Part shown: in pieces, positions 9,588 to 19,036 of the stretch
How the letters are laid out: each line of letters starts with the position of its first letter
Numbering within the stretch: the first letter of the stretch is position 1
Assembly: GCA_964477095.1 (NCBI GenBank)
Contig: CAYZDA010000003.1
Span: forward strand, 21,650-85,649
Direction of reading: 5' to 3'
DNA from: an uncultured Bacteroidales bacterium
GTDB taxonomy: Bacteria > Bacteroidota > Bacteroidia > Bacteroidales > PWNQ01
DNA length: 64,000 nt
The notes under the pieces: generated by a model
Told to the model about the DNA's origin: nothing
The model's input: the letters and a program-made list of their open reading frames with translations, nothing else
Databases searched by the model: none
Made by a program: the position numbers and the translations under genes

Positions 9588-10994
9588 TCAGCGCTTTTTG
9601 TCGAGCCGCTTTAAAATATTGCCAATTCCGTCTTTACTCATTTTGGGATAGTACTTATTGATGATATCACCATCGGGACCAATTAAAACAAAACGTGGTA
9701 TGTTGCGTAAGTCAAAGTACTCTATCAGATCATAATCATGATTAAACCAGACTATCTCCCAGGGATAACTGGTTTTCTTCATAAATTTTTCAAACTGCTT
9801 TTCTTTAGCATCTACACTTATACTCAACATATAAAGATCACGTTCATCCTCTCTTTCTTCATAAAGCTTCTTCATAATATCCATTTCCAACATACAATCA
9901 AGGCATTGCGAAGTAAAGAAGTTAATGATAAGATACCTTCCTTCAAAGTCGCTAAAGCTAACCGTATCAGTTCTTCCGGAGCCAAAGGAAAAATCCTTAA
10001 GCCGGCCTCCTGACTCAAAACGCTTTAATTCCTGTAATACCAGATTGGCCATTTTGCGATGTCTGTCAAATTTGGATATTTCACTTATTTCCGTGAGCAT
10101 CCAGTCTATCTTTTCACTCGAGAAATTTTCATGATCATAATAATTCTTAAGCAGGACGATCATTGCCAGCTCCCGCACTCTTTCATTCCTGAAAACCGTA
10201 TCTCTTCCCAGCAGGTCATCAAGAGCGGAATAGGAGGAGTTAACATTCAGTGCCTTTTCAAACATAGCCGGAGAAATTGACCTGGACTTACCCGGCACAT
10301 AACTTCTGACAAAACTCTCGAAAAAATGCATATACTCAATATTCCTGTACAGGACATCGCGCGTGGCGATCAGACGCTCACCCAGCTGGGTCATTGCCCG
10401 GGAGAATATCATGATTTCGATCATACCCAGGCGATATTCCGCGTAGTTTTCCACAAACTCATGGCCGGCTTCCTCCATCCAGTCCTCGATATCTTTTTTT
10501 ATCTTATTATACTGCTTATAATCCTTTTTGTAGAGGATCATTTTGAGTGTGGCCTCATTAAAGGCCTTACCCATCAGGGAGTCAAATTCAAAAATAAGGT
10601 GATTGGCTGTGGAGTCAGCTTCTCCCTCAACATACATATCCAGGGGTTTTTGCAAGGGTAATGAGCTACCAGCCCGTGAAAGTGAATCATGATAGTTGAT
10701 ATTCAGTTCCACCAGTTGTCCCGGCTCAACAAACAATGATGCTTCATTAAGCCCAATGGCAAGCATCAAGAAATCAGTATGAGGAAGAAAAAAATCAAGC
10801 TTGAAAAACCCTTCATTATCTACAGTGGCAGTGGCAATCACTTCCCGCTTAAACGAAACATAGTCTTCAAATTTCAGGAGCCTGATCTCCAGCTCGCCAT
10901 AATTTTTAGCATATCCCTGTATTACCGTATTTCCTGCCAGTGTAACTGGCAGAAACAGCAGGGATATAATAGCAGCAACAAAGGTCTTATTCAT
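9588..10994 (-). CDS. TlpA-family thioredoxin-fold protein with a large N-terminal domain
   Basis: Signal peptide, then a C-terminal thioredoxin-like region YLIINFFTSQCLDCMLEM (CxxC = CLDC) and PRFVLIGPDG. Confidence 0.65.
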   Translation of the reverse strand: MNKTFVAAIISLLFLPVTLAGNTVIQGYAKNYGELEIRLLKFEDYVSFKREVIATATVDNEGFFKLDFFLPHTDFLMLAIGLNEASLFVEPGQLVELNINYHDSLSRAGSSLPLQKPLDMYVEGEADSTANHLIFEFDSLMGKAFNEATLKMILYKKDYKQYNKIKKDIEDWMEEAGHEFVENYAEYRLGMIEIMIFSRAMTQLGERLIATRDVLYRNIEYMHFFESFVRSYVPGKSRSISPAMFEKALNVNSSYSALDDLLGRDTVFRNERVRELAMIVLLKNYYDHENFSSEKIDWMLTEISEISKFDRHRKMANLVLQELKRFESGGRLKDFSFGSGRTDTVSFSDFEGRYLIINFFTSQCLDCMLEMDIMKKLYEEREDERDLYMLSISVDAKEKQFEKFMKKTSYPWEIVWFNHDYDLIEYFDLRNIPRFVLIGPDGDIINKYYPKMSKDGIGNILKRLDKKR

Positions 10995-11043
10995 AAAAAA
11001 ATACAGATTAGCAGAGTTTAAAAAAACGGCCCGGGCATATATA

Positions 11044-11511
11044 TTATTTTAAACTGATTTTGATTTCCCCCGGGATAAACTGACTGGCATCCCCTTTGTG
11101 CCGAATGATATCCCTTACTATCGACGAATTTAAAGCCGTATGCTCGGGACTGGTCAAAAGAAAAACCGTTTCAATATCAGTATTCAGTCTTTTATTGATC
11201 TGTCCGATACTTCGCTCAAATTCAAAGTCAGCCGATGTTCTTAATCCTCGCAGAATATAACCGGCCTCTTTTTTTCTGCAATAGTCCACCGTGAGTCCGC
11301 TAAAGCTATCAGCTTCAATTTTCGGATAATTCTTAAATACCTGCCTGATCCATTCCAGCCGTTGATCTATCCCGAAAAAATGCTTTTTCTGTGTGTTTTC
11401 ACCAATGGCTACTATGATTTTGTCAAACAATGGTTCCGCCCTAAGGATGATAGACTTATGCCCAACCGTAATGGGATCGAAAGAACCTGGAAATACTGCA
11501 ATCTTCAACAT
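11044..11511 (-). CDS. coaD: Phosphopantetheine adenylyltransferase
   Basis: AVFPGSFDPITVGH nucleotidyltransferase motif. I start at the internal Met MLKIAVFPG. Confidence 0.93.
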   Translation of the reverse strand: MLKIAVFPGSFDPITVGHKSIILRAEPLFDKIIVAIGENTQKKHFFGIDQRLEWIRQVFKNYPKIEADSFSGLTVDYCRKKEAGYILRGLRTSADFEFERSIGQINKRLNTDIETVFLLTSPEHTALNSSIVRDIIRHKGDASQFIPGEIKISLK

Positions 11512-11600
11512 ATAAAATAAGTGTTTAATATACCTCATTGGTAACCATGCGATAAAAGTAACAATAAGGTGGTAAAAATGTTAATCACAGGACAAAAATA

Positions 11601-12062
11601 TCACTTATCCTTTAACCATTCATAAAGATCGTAATGTTCCGATGACATTCCCAGCTTTTCATACACCGCTTTGGCAGTGAGGTTATCGCTATCCACATAT
11701 AACCTTAAACCCTTCAGTGAATGTTCTTGTTCTACTTTTTCCCTGAGGTGCGCGTACATTTGCCTGAATATTCCCTGTTTACGGAATTCAGGCACAACAT
11801 ACACAGAATGTATCCAAAGAACATTCCCGTTTCTCCAGTCGCTCCATTCGTACAGCACCATAAGAGAGGCCACTACTTTTCTGTTGGCATAAGCCAACAG
11901 ATAATAACCGGCAGACGGATTCTCCAATATATATTTCACCCCTTTTTTAACCGTATCAGGGTCAAGTGCAAGGTTCTCAGTTTCCAGTGCCATTTTCACC
12001 TGAAAATCGACGATGTTATGAATGGCAGCAGGAGCAGCAGGAAAGATATTCAGCTTATTCAT
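11601..12062 (-). CDS. GNAT-family N-acetyltransferase
   Basis: Acetyl-CoA binding motif VVPEFRKQGIFRQM (Q/RxxGxG/A-like). 153 aa. Confidence 0.75.
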   Translation of the reverse strand: MNKLNIFPAAPAAIHNIVDFQVKMALETENLALDPDTVKKGVKYILENPSAGYYLLAYANRKVVASLMVLYEWSDWRNGNVLWIHSVYVVPEFRKQGIFRQMYAHLREKVEQEHSLKGLRLYVDSDNLTAKAVYEKLGMSSEHYDLYEWLKDK

Positions 12063-12215
12063 CGGTTTATAATTTAATTTTAGCAGTTCATGTCAACGCC
12101 CGGACCTACCCGGTCATTTATGCGGGAGCTCCCGCCTGACATTTCCCAAAACTATAGCTCACCCCCTCGTCTTTTTTAATCATGCCTGGTTGTGTTGCTC
12201 CTGAGGCGGATCATG
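12063..12215 (-). repeat. Copy B of the conserved upstream module. It abuts the GNAT start codon and carries a perfect 14-nt palindrome and a TAnnTTTG box.
   Basis: It aligns with copies A and C. The palindrome GCGGGAGCTCCCGC is at 12122-12135. The minus-strand TAGTTTTG is at 12147-12154. There is a ~40-nt insertion relative to copy A. Confidence 0.6.
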
Positions 12216-12262
12216 TCTCGTTTCAGCTGTATGGTATTGTTTTCATTTGTCAAACGGAAGTG

Positions 12263-12805
12263 CTATGTACCGGTTTTTGCAGAAAAAATACTGAACTGCA
12301 CTTTCCCGTATTTCCGGTGATCAGTAAGGTTGGGATCAGAAGAAAAATTATGTTTCTGATCATGTTCCAGGATCAGCAAACCACCTTTTTCCAGCAGTTC
12401 ATTTTGGAAGATTATACCCGGTATCTCTTCAATTCCGGAAAGGTCATACGGCGGATCGGCAAAGATAATATCATAAGGGCCATGGCCCCTTTCCAGAAAC
12501 CTGAACACATTGGCCTGCACCACTTGCAGGTTATCAATACCGAGTTCATCCGCTACCTTATTGATATATGTTACAGCCCTCCGGTCTTTTTCAACTGCGG
12601 TAACGGATGACATCCCGCGTGAAATAAATTCCAGACCAATGCTGCCGGTGCCTGCAAAGAGATCAAGTGCTTTCATATCCGTAAAATCCCAGGTCATAAG
12701 GATATTAAATAATGATTCCCGGGCCTTATCAGTAGTGGGCCTGACCGGCAGTCCTGGAGGCGGGGTTAACCTTCTTCCTTTGTATTTACCACTAATTATT
12801 CTCAA
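12263..12805 (-). CDS. rsmD: 16S rRNA (guanine966-N2)-methyltransferase
   Basis: N-terminus MRIISGKYKGRRL, SAM motif DLFAGTGSIGLE, and catalytic FADPPY. Confidence 0.88.
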   Translation of the reverse strand: MRIISGKYKGRRLTPPPGLPVRPTTDKARESLFNILMTWDFTDMKALDLFAGTGSIGLEFISRGMSSVTAVEKDRRAVTYINKVADELGIDNLQVVQANVFRFLERGHGPYDIIFADPPYDLSGIEEIPGIIFQNELLEKGGLLILEHDQKHNFSSDPNLTDHRKYGKVQFSIFSAKTGT

Positions 12806-13647
12806 ACAACTGCATTTTTAAGGTTTAGAAAATGATACACATAGAACTCGTTATCATCTTCCTTATCCTGATAAATGATAGTGTCATCACCATAGTCAAT
12901 ATTTCTTACATAACGGTGCAAAAGCCTGTCTATATCAGAATTTTTGTCCATCAATCCTGAAATTCTCAGCGGAACGATATCCGGATTTAACTTCAGCTGT
13001 TTATAAGTGAGCAGCACAAAATATGCAAAATCTTCTTTACCTCTGAACCGGAACTCGTTGCAAAACTTCAGCCGGCTACCGGAAAAGGCAAGCACATAAA
13101 ATCGCTGGTCTCTCACGTCAGCATATACACAGGGTTGTGTATTCCGGCCAGTACAATTCACCAGTTTTGACGCATAATGAAACCAGTAAAGACCAGGCAC
13201 AGTCATATTTACAGCCTCATATAGCTTCTTATTAACGGCATAGACCAGGTATGAATGATGTTCATTGAGCATATCCGTTTTAATAACATCATCATCATTT
13301 ACCGGGTGATTAAGGTTCAAGTACAATTTTCTTTTCGCATCCTCATACAGGGAAAAAGGTATCAGGGTAAATCTTCCGGTATCGGCAAGAGCTACTTTCC
13401 TTTTCATCAACTGTTTTATCCAGGTGTATTCATCCAGGAATTTGCCGAGAGCCACAGCTACCTCTTCGGTTTCAGCTTCAGGGTTGAAGCGCACCGTATT
13501 TAGCATCAGGATTTTTTCATCATCTTCCTGCACTAAAAAAGAAAATCCATCGAGCGACAGCCCGATGGATAATCTATAATTTCTTGTATTATTTTCATCA
13601 AAGTCCGGGCTGACAAAACTGTTTCCGGGCTGTAAAATATTATTCAT
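12802..13647 (-). CDS. DUF3822-like hypothetical protein
   Basis: A conserved Bacteroidota neighbour of rsmD, judged from position and general similarity only. The start is set at the internal Met MNNILQPG. It overlaps rsmD by 4 nt. Confidence 0.5.
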   Translation of the reverse strand: MNNILQPGNSFVSPDFDENNTRNYRLSIGLSLDGFSFLVQEDDEKILMLNTVRFNPEAETEEVAVALGKFLDEYTWIKQLMKRKVALADTGRFTLIPFSLYEDAKRKLYLNLNHPVNDDDVIKTDMLNEHHSYLVYAVNKKLYEAVNMTVPGLYWFHYASKLVNCTGRNTQPCVYADVRDQRFYVLAFSGSRLKFCNEFRFRGKEDFAYFVLLTYKQLKLNPDIVPLRISGLMDKNSDIDRLLHRYVRNIDYGDDTIIYQDKEDDNEFYVYHFLNLKNAVV

Positions 13648-13648
13648 A

Positions 13649-14263
13649 TTATTCCCAGTTTCCGTCCGTCGTTGCCTCCTCCATGGAGCCAAGCCTCAGA
13701 TCAATAGATTCGTCACGGGCAATCAATTCTTCATTCATACCTTTCAGATATGACTTTTTGGGTGCTACCAGCTCAAATACAGGAACCTCAATATTACTCC
13801 TTTCAATAATACCGGCCTGAAGCTCAAAGCTATCGGCAGGCACTTTACCGCTTCGGGAAGAAAATGGTATCAGTGGAATTTGCTCCAGCTTAAAGTCATG
13901 TTCTTTAGGGTGAAATAATGAATCCTTAGCGGATATAAAGCTTGTGTCACGTTTTACTATTCCCATTTCAAGAGCCTGCTTCTCAGTAAGCGTATCAGGT
14001 ACATTTCCTTCCTTAAGGACTAACGGCAGTGAGTCTTCACGGATAAAATGCATCAGCGTATCCCAACTTGACGAATACTTTTTGTATTTCGACTTATATG
14101 CAGATTGAATATCACGAATGTATTTCATTTTTTCAACAACAACCTTTCTGCGGTACTTCTCTTCGTTGTTAAAACTGGTTACCTGGTGAATACTGTTGTA
14201 AACCAGATAGGCCAGCACAAGTATACCGGCAATAAGAACAATATGCAAAATGGCTCGTTTCAT
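13649..14263 (-). CDS. Hypothetical membrane-anchored protein
   Basis: 204-aa ORF with a single N-terminal TM helix (ILHIVLIAGILVLAYLVY). It is tightly packed with the downstream gene. Confidence 0.5.
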   Translation of the reverse strand: MKRAILHIVLIAGILVLAYLVYNSIHQVTSFNNEEKYRRKVVVEKMKYIRDIQSAYKSKYKKYSSSWDTLMHFIREDSLPLVLKEGNVPDTLTEKQALEMGIVKRDTSFISAKDSLFHPKEHDFKLEQIPLIPFSSRSGKVPADSFELQAGIIERSNIEVPVFELVAPKKSYLKGMNEELIARDESIDLRLGSMEEATTDGNWE

Positions 14264-14454
14264 GATGTTATTTTGGTTTTTTTTGATAAATGCAAAAATA
14301 AAATTTTTTTACTTCCTGCAGCTTCAACCTGAATTAATAATCTGAAAAAATCCTCAATCCGGTTAAAAGAAATGCATTCTTTTATAAGTCCACAAGCATA
14401 ATGCTCAAAAGTAAGATTTTATTATGTAATTAGATAATTTTTATAGCCTTATTC

Positions 14455-15648
14455 TCAAAACCGGTAGATTAGGATCAGGGAAAGGCGAAGATTTTCAGCC
14501 ATATCATCCTGTTTGCCATCACCATTGTATAATGCTGCTGTATATTCCGGTTCAAATCCGAGCAACAGGTTCTTAATGTTTTTCATCAGCCGTGGTGATA
14601 TCCTGTACAAATGCCCGATTCCATATCCTCTCGTAAATTGCAAAGCATCTGTGCTGTCATCTGTATAATAGTTCATGGCAAAACCTGCAAATACTCCTGC
14701 CACCCAGCCGTTTTTAAATTTATGAGAATAATCTGCCCATGCGGTAGCTGTTGGATTATTGGTCATTTTGAAGGCGTTTTCCAGGCTATCGTAATCGTGC
14801 AGCAGGTATCCGCCCAGCATCAGGTGGTCGTACAGGTTTTCACCATAAACCGATTGCAGCACAAACCCCGACCTGGCTGATTCATATTTTGCAAAAGCAA
14901 CAGCGGACAGCGCTCCCAGCCGCTCATTTGATCCTGTTGACGCATAAGCAGGAGCAATAGCTTTATATCCGGCTCCGGCACCCAGGGTCCATTTACCCTG
15001 GCTCACATGCAGTTGTGCATGAAAATCGGGCAAGCCTCCCTTATACATGTAAACAGGTGAATATCCTGATAATCCGTTGAAAGAAAAATCACGCTGGGTA
15101 ACCACTGCTGCAATAAATTTGAATATCCCGCTGCGGTGTTCTATCCTGGCCTGCGGCCCCCGGTTGAAGGCATGAAAAGGAGCTCCGATATTCAACGACA
15201 ATGTTCGGGGAAAAGCTTCTGGTACTGTCAGCGGATGCCAGTACTGACCGGAAAGTGCAGTGGTGTTTTTCCACTTAAGCTTAAAATAAGCATGTCTGAG
15301 ACGGAATTCATCCACACCAGCATTGGAAGCACCACTAAAATCACCTTCAATTACAGCACTGCTTGCTGCATTTAATATCTGCGGGCCGGTAATTTCTGCA
15401 CGTAACCGGGATACGAACGCATACTGATTGTAAGAAGGCTGATCATGCGCAGGATCAGAATTATCCTCCGGATAAAACAAAAATAAGCCTTCCCTTGAAT
15501 CAACCACCTGACGGCTGTCAAATACATAATCAGCTTTTATGAAACCTGAGAATCTCAGCTGTGTGCTGTCGGGGTCTGCCTGGGCACTCAGGTAAACAGC
15601 AGAAAAAAGGAGCAGCAAAACGCAGCCGCTAAACACGAAACTTTTCAT
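14455..15648 (-). CDS. Outer-membrane beta-barrel protein, putative porin (DcaP/OprO-like)
   Basis: Signal peptide, alternating beta-strand pattern, the motif FSGFIKADYVFD...RLRHAYFKLKW, and a C-terminal aromatic residue (YRF). Confidence 0.55.
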   Translation of the reverse strand: MKSFVFSGCVLLLLFSAVYLSAQADPDSTQLRFSGFIKADYVFDSRQVVDSREGLFLFYPEDNSDPAHDQPSYNQYAFVSRLRAEITGPQILNAASSAVIEGDFSGASNAGVDEFRLRHAYFKLKWKNTTALSGQYWHPLTVPEAFPRTLSLNIGAPFHAFNRGPQARIEHRSGIFKFIAAVVTQRDFSFNGLSGYSPVYMYKGGLPDFHAQLHVSQGKWTLGAGAGYKAIAPAYASTGSNERLGALSAVAFAKYESARSGFVLQSVYGENLYDHLMLGGYLLHDYDSLENAFKMTNNPTATAWADYSHKFKNGWVAGVFAGFAMNYYTDDSTDALQFTRGYGIGHLYRISPRLMKNIKNLLLGFEPEYTAALYNGDGKQDDMAENLRLSLILIYRF

Positions 15649-15687
15649 GACCTGAAAATTTGCGCAAATGTAATGAAAGCCGGAAAA

Positions 15688-18468
15688 CTACCGGATGATT
15701 ATTTTCCCGTATAAAGCTCCGCTGTTATTCCTGATCCTTAACAGATACACCCCGGCTTCCAGTCCGGCATTGCCGTAATTGAGGTGATTGCCCTGAATAT
15801 CTCCGGTATCTACCAGTTTCCCTTCGGATGTGAACACCTCATATTTCCAGAGATCACTGTAAGGCAGCTCCACCCTGAAAGCACCGTCAGCAGGATTGGG
15901 GAATACATCAACTGACGATTTGCCATTAATATTATCAATACCTGCCACATTCAGATAAAGGTTACGCGCTCTGTCAGCAGCCTGCTCCACCTCAAAAAGG
16001 TTATTCCCGGCAATTATTGCAAAAGCCACTACCAGCGAGTCGCCAGGAGTCAGACTGTAAGGTCCGGAACTAACCATGTGGGATACATCATTACCATCGG
16101 GGCTTATGAAGCCCGCCTGCGGACGATTATTCCGCATCGCGATCCACTTTTCATAGCCTGTAAAACCGTCATTTATCTCAATACTGTTATCATCTCCGTC
16201 ATTTTCAAAAGCATAATGAAATACAGGAGCTGCAGCATTCATTATCATCAAACCTCCAACTCCATGCCCCTCTGTGTCATACACATAAGCCAGGGATTTA
16301 CTGCTTTTCCACTCCGCACGGTTTTTATGTGAAAAGTGGATATTCCAATCCATATAACAGGCAGCATAGATATTTGAAATATCAGAAGAGGTTGGGTTTG
16401 TAATAACATATTCGGCTATAATGTAATCATCATCCTGAGGCGAGGTCCAATCAAGTATATTTTGCTTAAAATGCAGGCCTGTTTTTAGCATTCCTGCAGC
16501 ATTATCATTAAAAACGGATGAAAACTGCCGCTCGTAAAATGTCTGCGTGGGATTTTCTTTGCTGATGACGCTTTGCACACTATAGTCATGGTCAAACCCA
16601 TTTGCCCCATAGACAGCATCACTGATTTTGGATGCTGTTATACCAACCAGCAAGCCACCGGTACCAAGCATGGATTCATTCAGGTTATCGTGGACCAGAC
16701 CAATCCCCTGCTTATACAGATCATCATTATACCCAAACTTTCCGGCAGAATTAACCGTCATCTTAAAGTTGCCGGTATTAAGTGTAAAATATCCACGGTT
16801 GAAGCTTTCACTTATGTACTGAAAATCATTGCGGGAACCCAGCTGATAACTGATTTTAAAATATACTCTTTCTGACAATGGCATATTGGGCAAAACGATA
16901 ATCCTGAAAGGATCGCCGGAAATATCTTTGCTTCCCATTTCCTGCATAGCTGGAATGCTTACCACTGAGTCGAGTACCACTACCGCCGGATGATCACAGC
17001 GGAGAACAGCTTTACTGGCCAGAGGTGTTGATGAAAGATAGTTGACAAAGGTGCCTTTAAGAAGAAAAGTATCATATACAGCAGAAGCAAAAGACTGTTT
17101 TTCAAACCGGTAATCCTTAAACCTTACTGATGGGTTACTTGTTTTGGTGATGGCTGCATACATATCCAGTAATCCGGTACCCAGTTTATCTTTATACTGG
17201 GCTGTGAGCAGGTTATCATATATTCCCCTGTATGTGTTGACACGCACCTGTTCCCCGGCCTGCAGGGCATTCAGGTTTGGATATTTGGACCTTACCAAAC
17301 CTGCGGTGGCAGTAACCATGGGTGCTGCCATAGATGTTCCGTTGCTGTAAACATAATTGCCATATGCCCACGTGCTGTAAACTTTGGCACCTGGCGCACA
17401 CAAGTCAACAAAATAGTTGTAGGTGGAGCCAGACCATTTCAGGTTTTTCCTGTCTGTAGCAGCCACGCTGATCACGTTTTCATATGAAGCCGGAAAATAT
17501 TCGTTATCATTATTGCTATTACCGCAGGCAGCCACTACTAATGCATCCTTATTGTAAGTGGCATAATTGATAATATCCTGACCGTAGCGACCTGCCCCGG
17601 ACAACCCGCCCCAGCTGCAGTTTATTACTGCACAGCCCTGGTCAGCAGCATAAACCAGGCTCTCGTAACCCATGATAAATTTACCATCTTCATCATCTGC
17701 TTTTACGGGCAGGTACCGGCATTTAAAACCCAAACCGGCCACACCTGTGCTATTGTCTGTTTCAGCTGACATAATTCCTGATACATGAGCTCCGTGGCCA
17801 TTTTTATTAACGTCTGGATTATTATCCCATTCACCCAGATCCCAGCCGTAGTAATTATCCACAAACCCATCATTGTCATTATCCACGCCATCAATCGGGT
17901 CATTATAATTATAAGCTATGCGCCCCATCAGATCGGGATGATCCATATCAGTGCCCGTATCGCTTACTCCAAGTACGGTAGATGTATCGCCCTGATACAA
18001 TCCCCAGGCACGAAAAGCATTGATATTATGCAGATGATACTGCTTATCAATCTCAGGATCGGAGGGAATATACTGAGCAAACACCTGAACAGGATATATC
18101 AGCTCCACATATTCGAAATAAGCCGAACGCGCCAGAATTTCCTGCACCTGCCTCAGATCTCGGGATTCATTAAAGCTGACCTGATAAACAAGAGAAAGAT
18201 CCACCAGAAGGTTACCATGAGCATCTACTCTTTGCACTGGCGGACGCTTGCCGGGAAATTTCCGGTAGATTTCGATTTCAGGATAAAGATCCTTCCACAC
18301 CTGTACCCAAACAGCAGCCGGGTCCCTGTCAAGTATGTAACGGTTTTCAGGTTTCAGTTTTACTATCAGAGTGCCGGCAACAGGCTCTTCATCAAAAGCC
18401 TGCGCTGTGAGCACAGAAAAAAATGATACTATAATCAGAGTCAGTAAAGTATGTTTCATCATACACAA
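15688..18468 (-). CDS. S8-family (subtilisin-like) serine peptidase with a T9SS C-terminal sorting domain
   Basis: Catalytic Asp (VSDTGTDMDHPDL), His (HGAHVSG) and Ser (GTSMAAPMV). The C-terminus VDVFPNPADGAFRVEL...GVYLLRIRN...GKIIIR matches type-A T9SS CTDs. The start may be 3-9 nt later (MCMMKH). Confidence 0.9.
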   Translation of the reverse strand: MCMMKHTLLTLIIVSFFSVLTAQAFDEEPVAGTLIVKLKPENRYILDRDPAAVWVQVWKDLYPEIEIYRKFPGKRPPVQRVDAHGNLLVDLSLVYQVSFNESRDLRQVQEILARSAYFEYVELIYPVQVFAQYIPSDPEIDKQYHLHNINAFRAWGLYQGDTSTVLGVSDTGTDMDHPDLMGRIAYNYNDPIDGVDNDNDGFVDNYYGWDLGEWDNNPDVNKNGHGAHVSGIMSAETDNSTGVAGLGFKCRYLPVKADDEDGKFIMGYESLVYAADQGCAVINCSWGGLSGAGRYGQDIINYATYNKDALVVAACGNSNNDNEYFPASYENVISVAATDRKNLKWSGSTYNYFVDLCAPGAKVYSTWAYGNYVYSNGTSMAAPMVTATAGLVRSKYPNLNALQAGEQVRVNTYRGIYDNLLTAQYKDKLGTGLLDMYAAITKTSNPSVRFKDYRFEKQSFASAVYDTFLLKGTFVNYLSSTPLASKAVLRCDHPAVVVLDSVVSIPAMQEMGSKDISGDPFRIIVLPNMPLSERVYFKISYQLGSRNDFQYISESFNRGYFTLNTGNFKMTVNSAGKFGYNDDLYKQGIGLVHDNLNESMLGTGGLLVGITASKISDAVYGANGFDHDYSVQSVISKENPTQTFYERQFSSVFNDNAAGMLKTGLHFKQNILDWTSPQDDDYIIAEYVITNPTSSDISNIYAACYMDWNIHFSHKNRAEWKSSKSLAYVYDTEGHGVGGLMIMNAAAPVFHYAFENDGDDNSIEINDGFTGYEKWIAMRNNRPQAGFISPDGNDVSHMVSSGPYSLTPGDSLVVAFAIIAGNNLFEVEQAADRARNLYLNVAGIDNINGKSSVDVFPNPADGAFRVELPYSDLWKYEVFTSEGKLVDTGDIQGNHLNYGNAGLEAGVYLLRIRNNSGALYGKIIIR

Positions 18469-18513
18469 TTTTTCACATCAAAAATAAGAAAACAAGAGTC
18501 TGCCGGCAACTTT

Positions 18514-18960
18514 TTACCATAATGAATATTCCGGAAGGTCATGCAGAAACTCATACGACCAGTTTTCATAATCCATTTTACAATAGTAATGCTGCAGGCC
18601 GTTAGTCACCATCAGGTAATCCACCCTGATGGCCACATTATAACGCGCTATTTGCTCAAATGTCTCCTGAGTGATTTTTACAGATGGAGCTTTGCACTCC
18701 ACTATCAAGCGTGGCCTGGCTTTGTGATCAAACACCACTACATCAGCACGCCGTTTCATTTTGTTATAAATAAATTGTTTTTCCACACCCATCCAGCTTT
18801 CCGGAACGTTCTTCTCCAGCAATAAAAACCTGGTCACATGCTGGCGCACCCATTCTTCAGGCGTAAGCGCAACATATTTTTTCCTTACGGTATCAAAAAT
18901 CCGGTTACCTGTTTGTATCCTGAAATCATATTGCGGAAAATTAAGATTATAATGCTCCAT
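18514..18960 (-). CDS. HsdR_N-like (PD-(D/E)xK fold) stand-alone domain protein
   Basis: 148 aa containing LTPEEWVRQ and DVVVF...LIVECK (D...ExK). No restriction-modification partner genes are nearby. Confidence 0.65.
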   Translation of the reverse strand: MEHYNLNFPQYDFRIQTGNRIFDTVRKKYVALTPEEWVRQHVTRFLLLEKNVPESWMGVEKQFIYNKMKRRADVVVFDHKARPRLIVECKAPSVKITQETFEQIARYNVAIRVDYLMVTNGLQHYYCKMDYENWSYEFLHDLPEYSLW

Positions 18961-18977
18961 AGGGCGGCCAGCAAAAT

Positions 18978-19011
18978 TTGAATAAAAGTAACATTATTCT
19001 CATTACCTTTG
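18978..19011 (+). promoter_or_regulatory. Putative Bacteroidota promoter (-33 TTG at 18978-18980, -7 TACCTTTG at 19004-19011)
   Basis: Exact TAnnTTTG match 26 nt upstream of the ATG at 19037, with a TTG element ~23 nt upstream of it. Confidence 0.4.
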
Positions 19012-19036
19012 TTTGAGTTTTTAAAAACCCCTTTTT

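Noticed and set aside
17785-18426. A 213-aa plus-strand ORF inside the S8 peptidase gene.
   Set aside because: It is an antisense shadow ORF with an Ile-rich nonsense-like sequence. The minus-strand frame carries the full catalytic triad.
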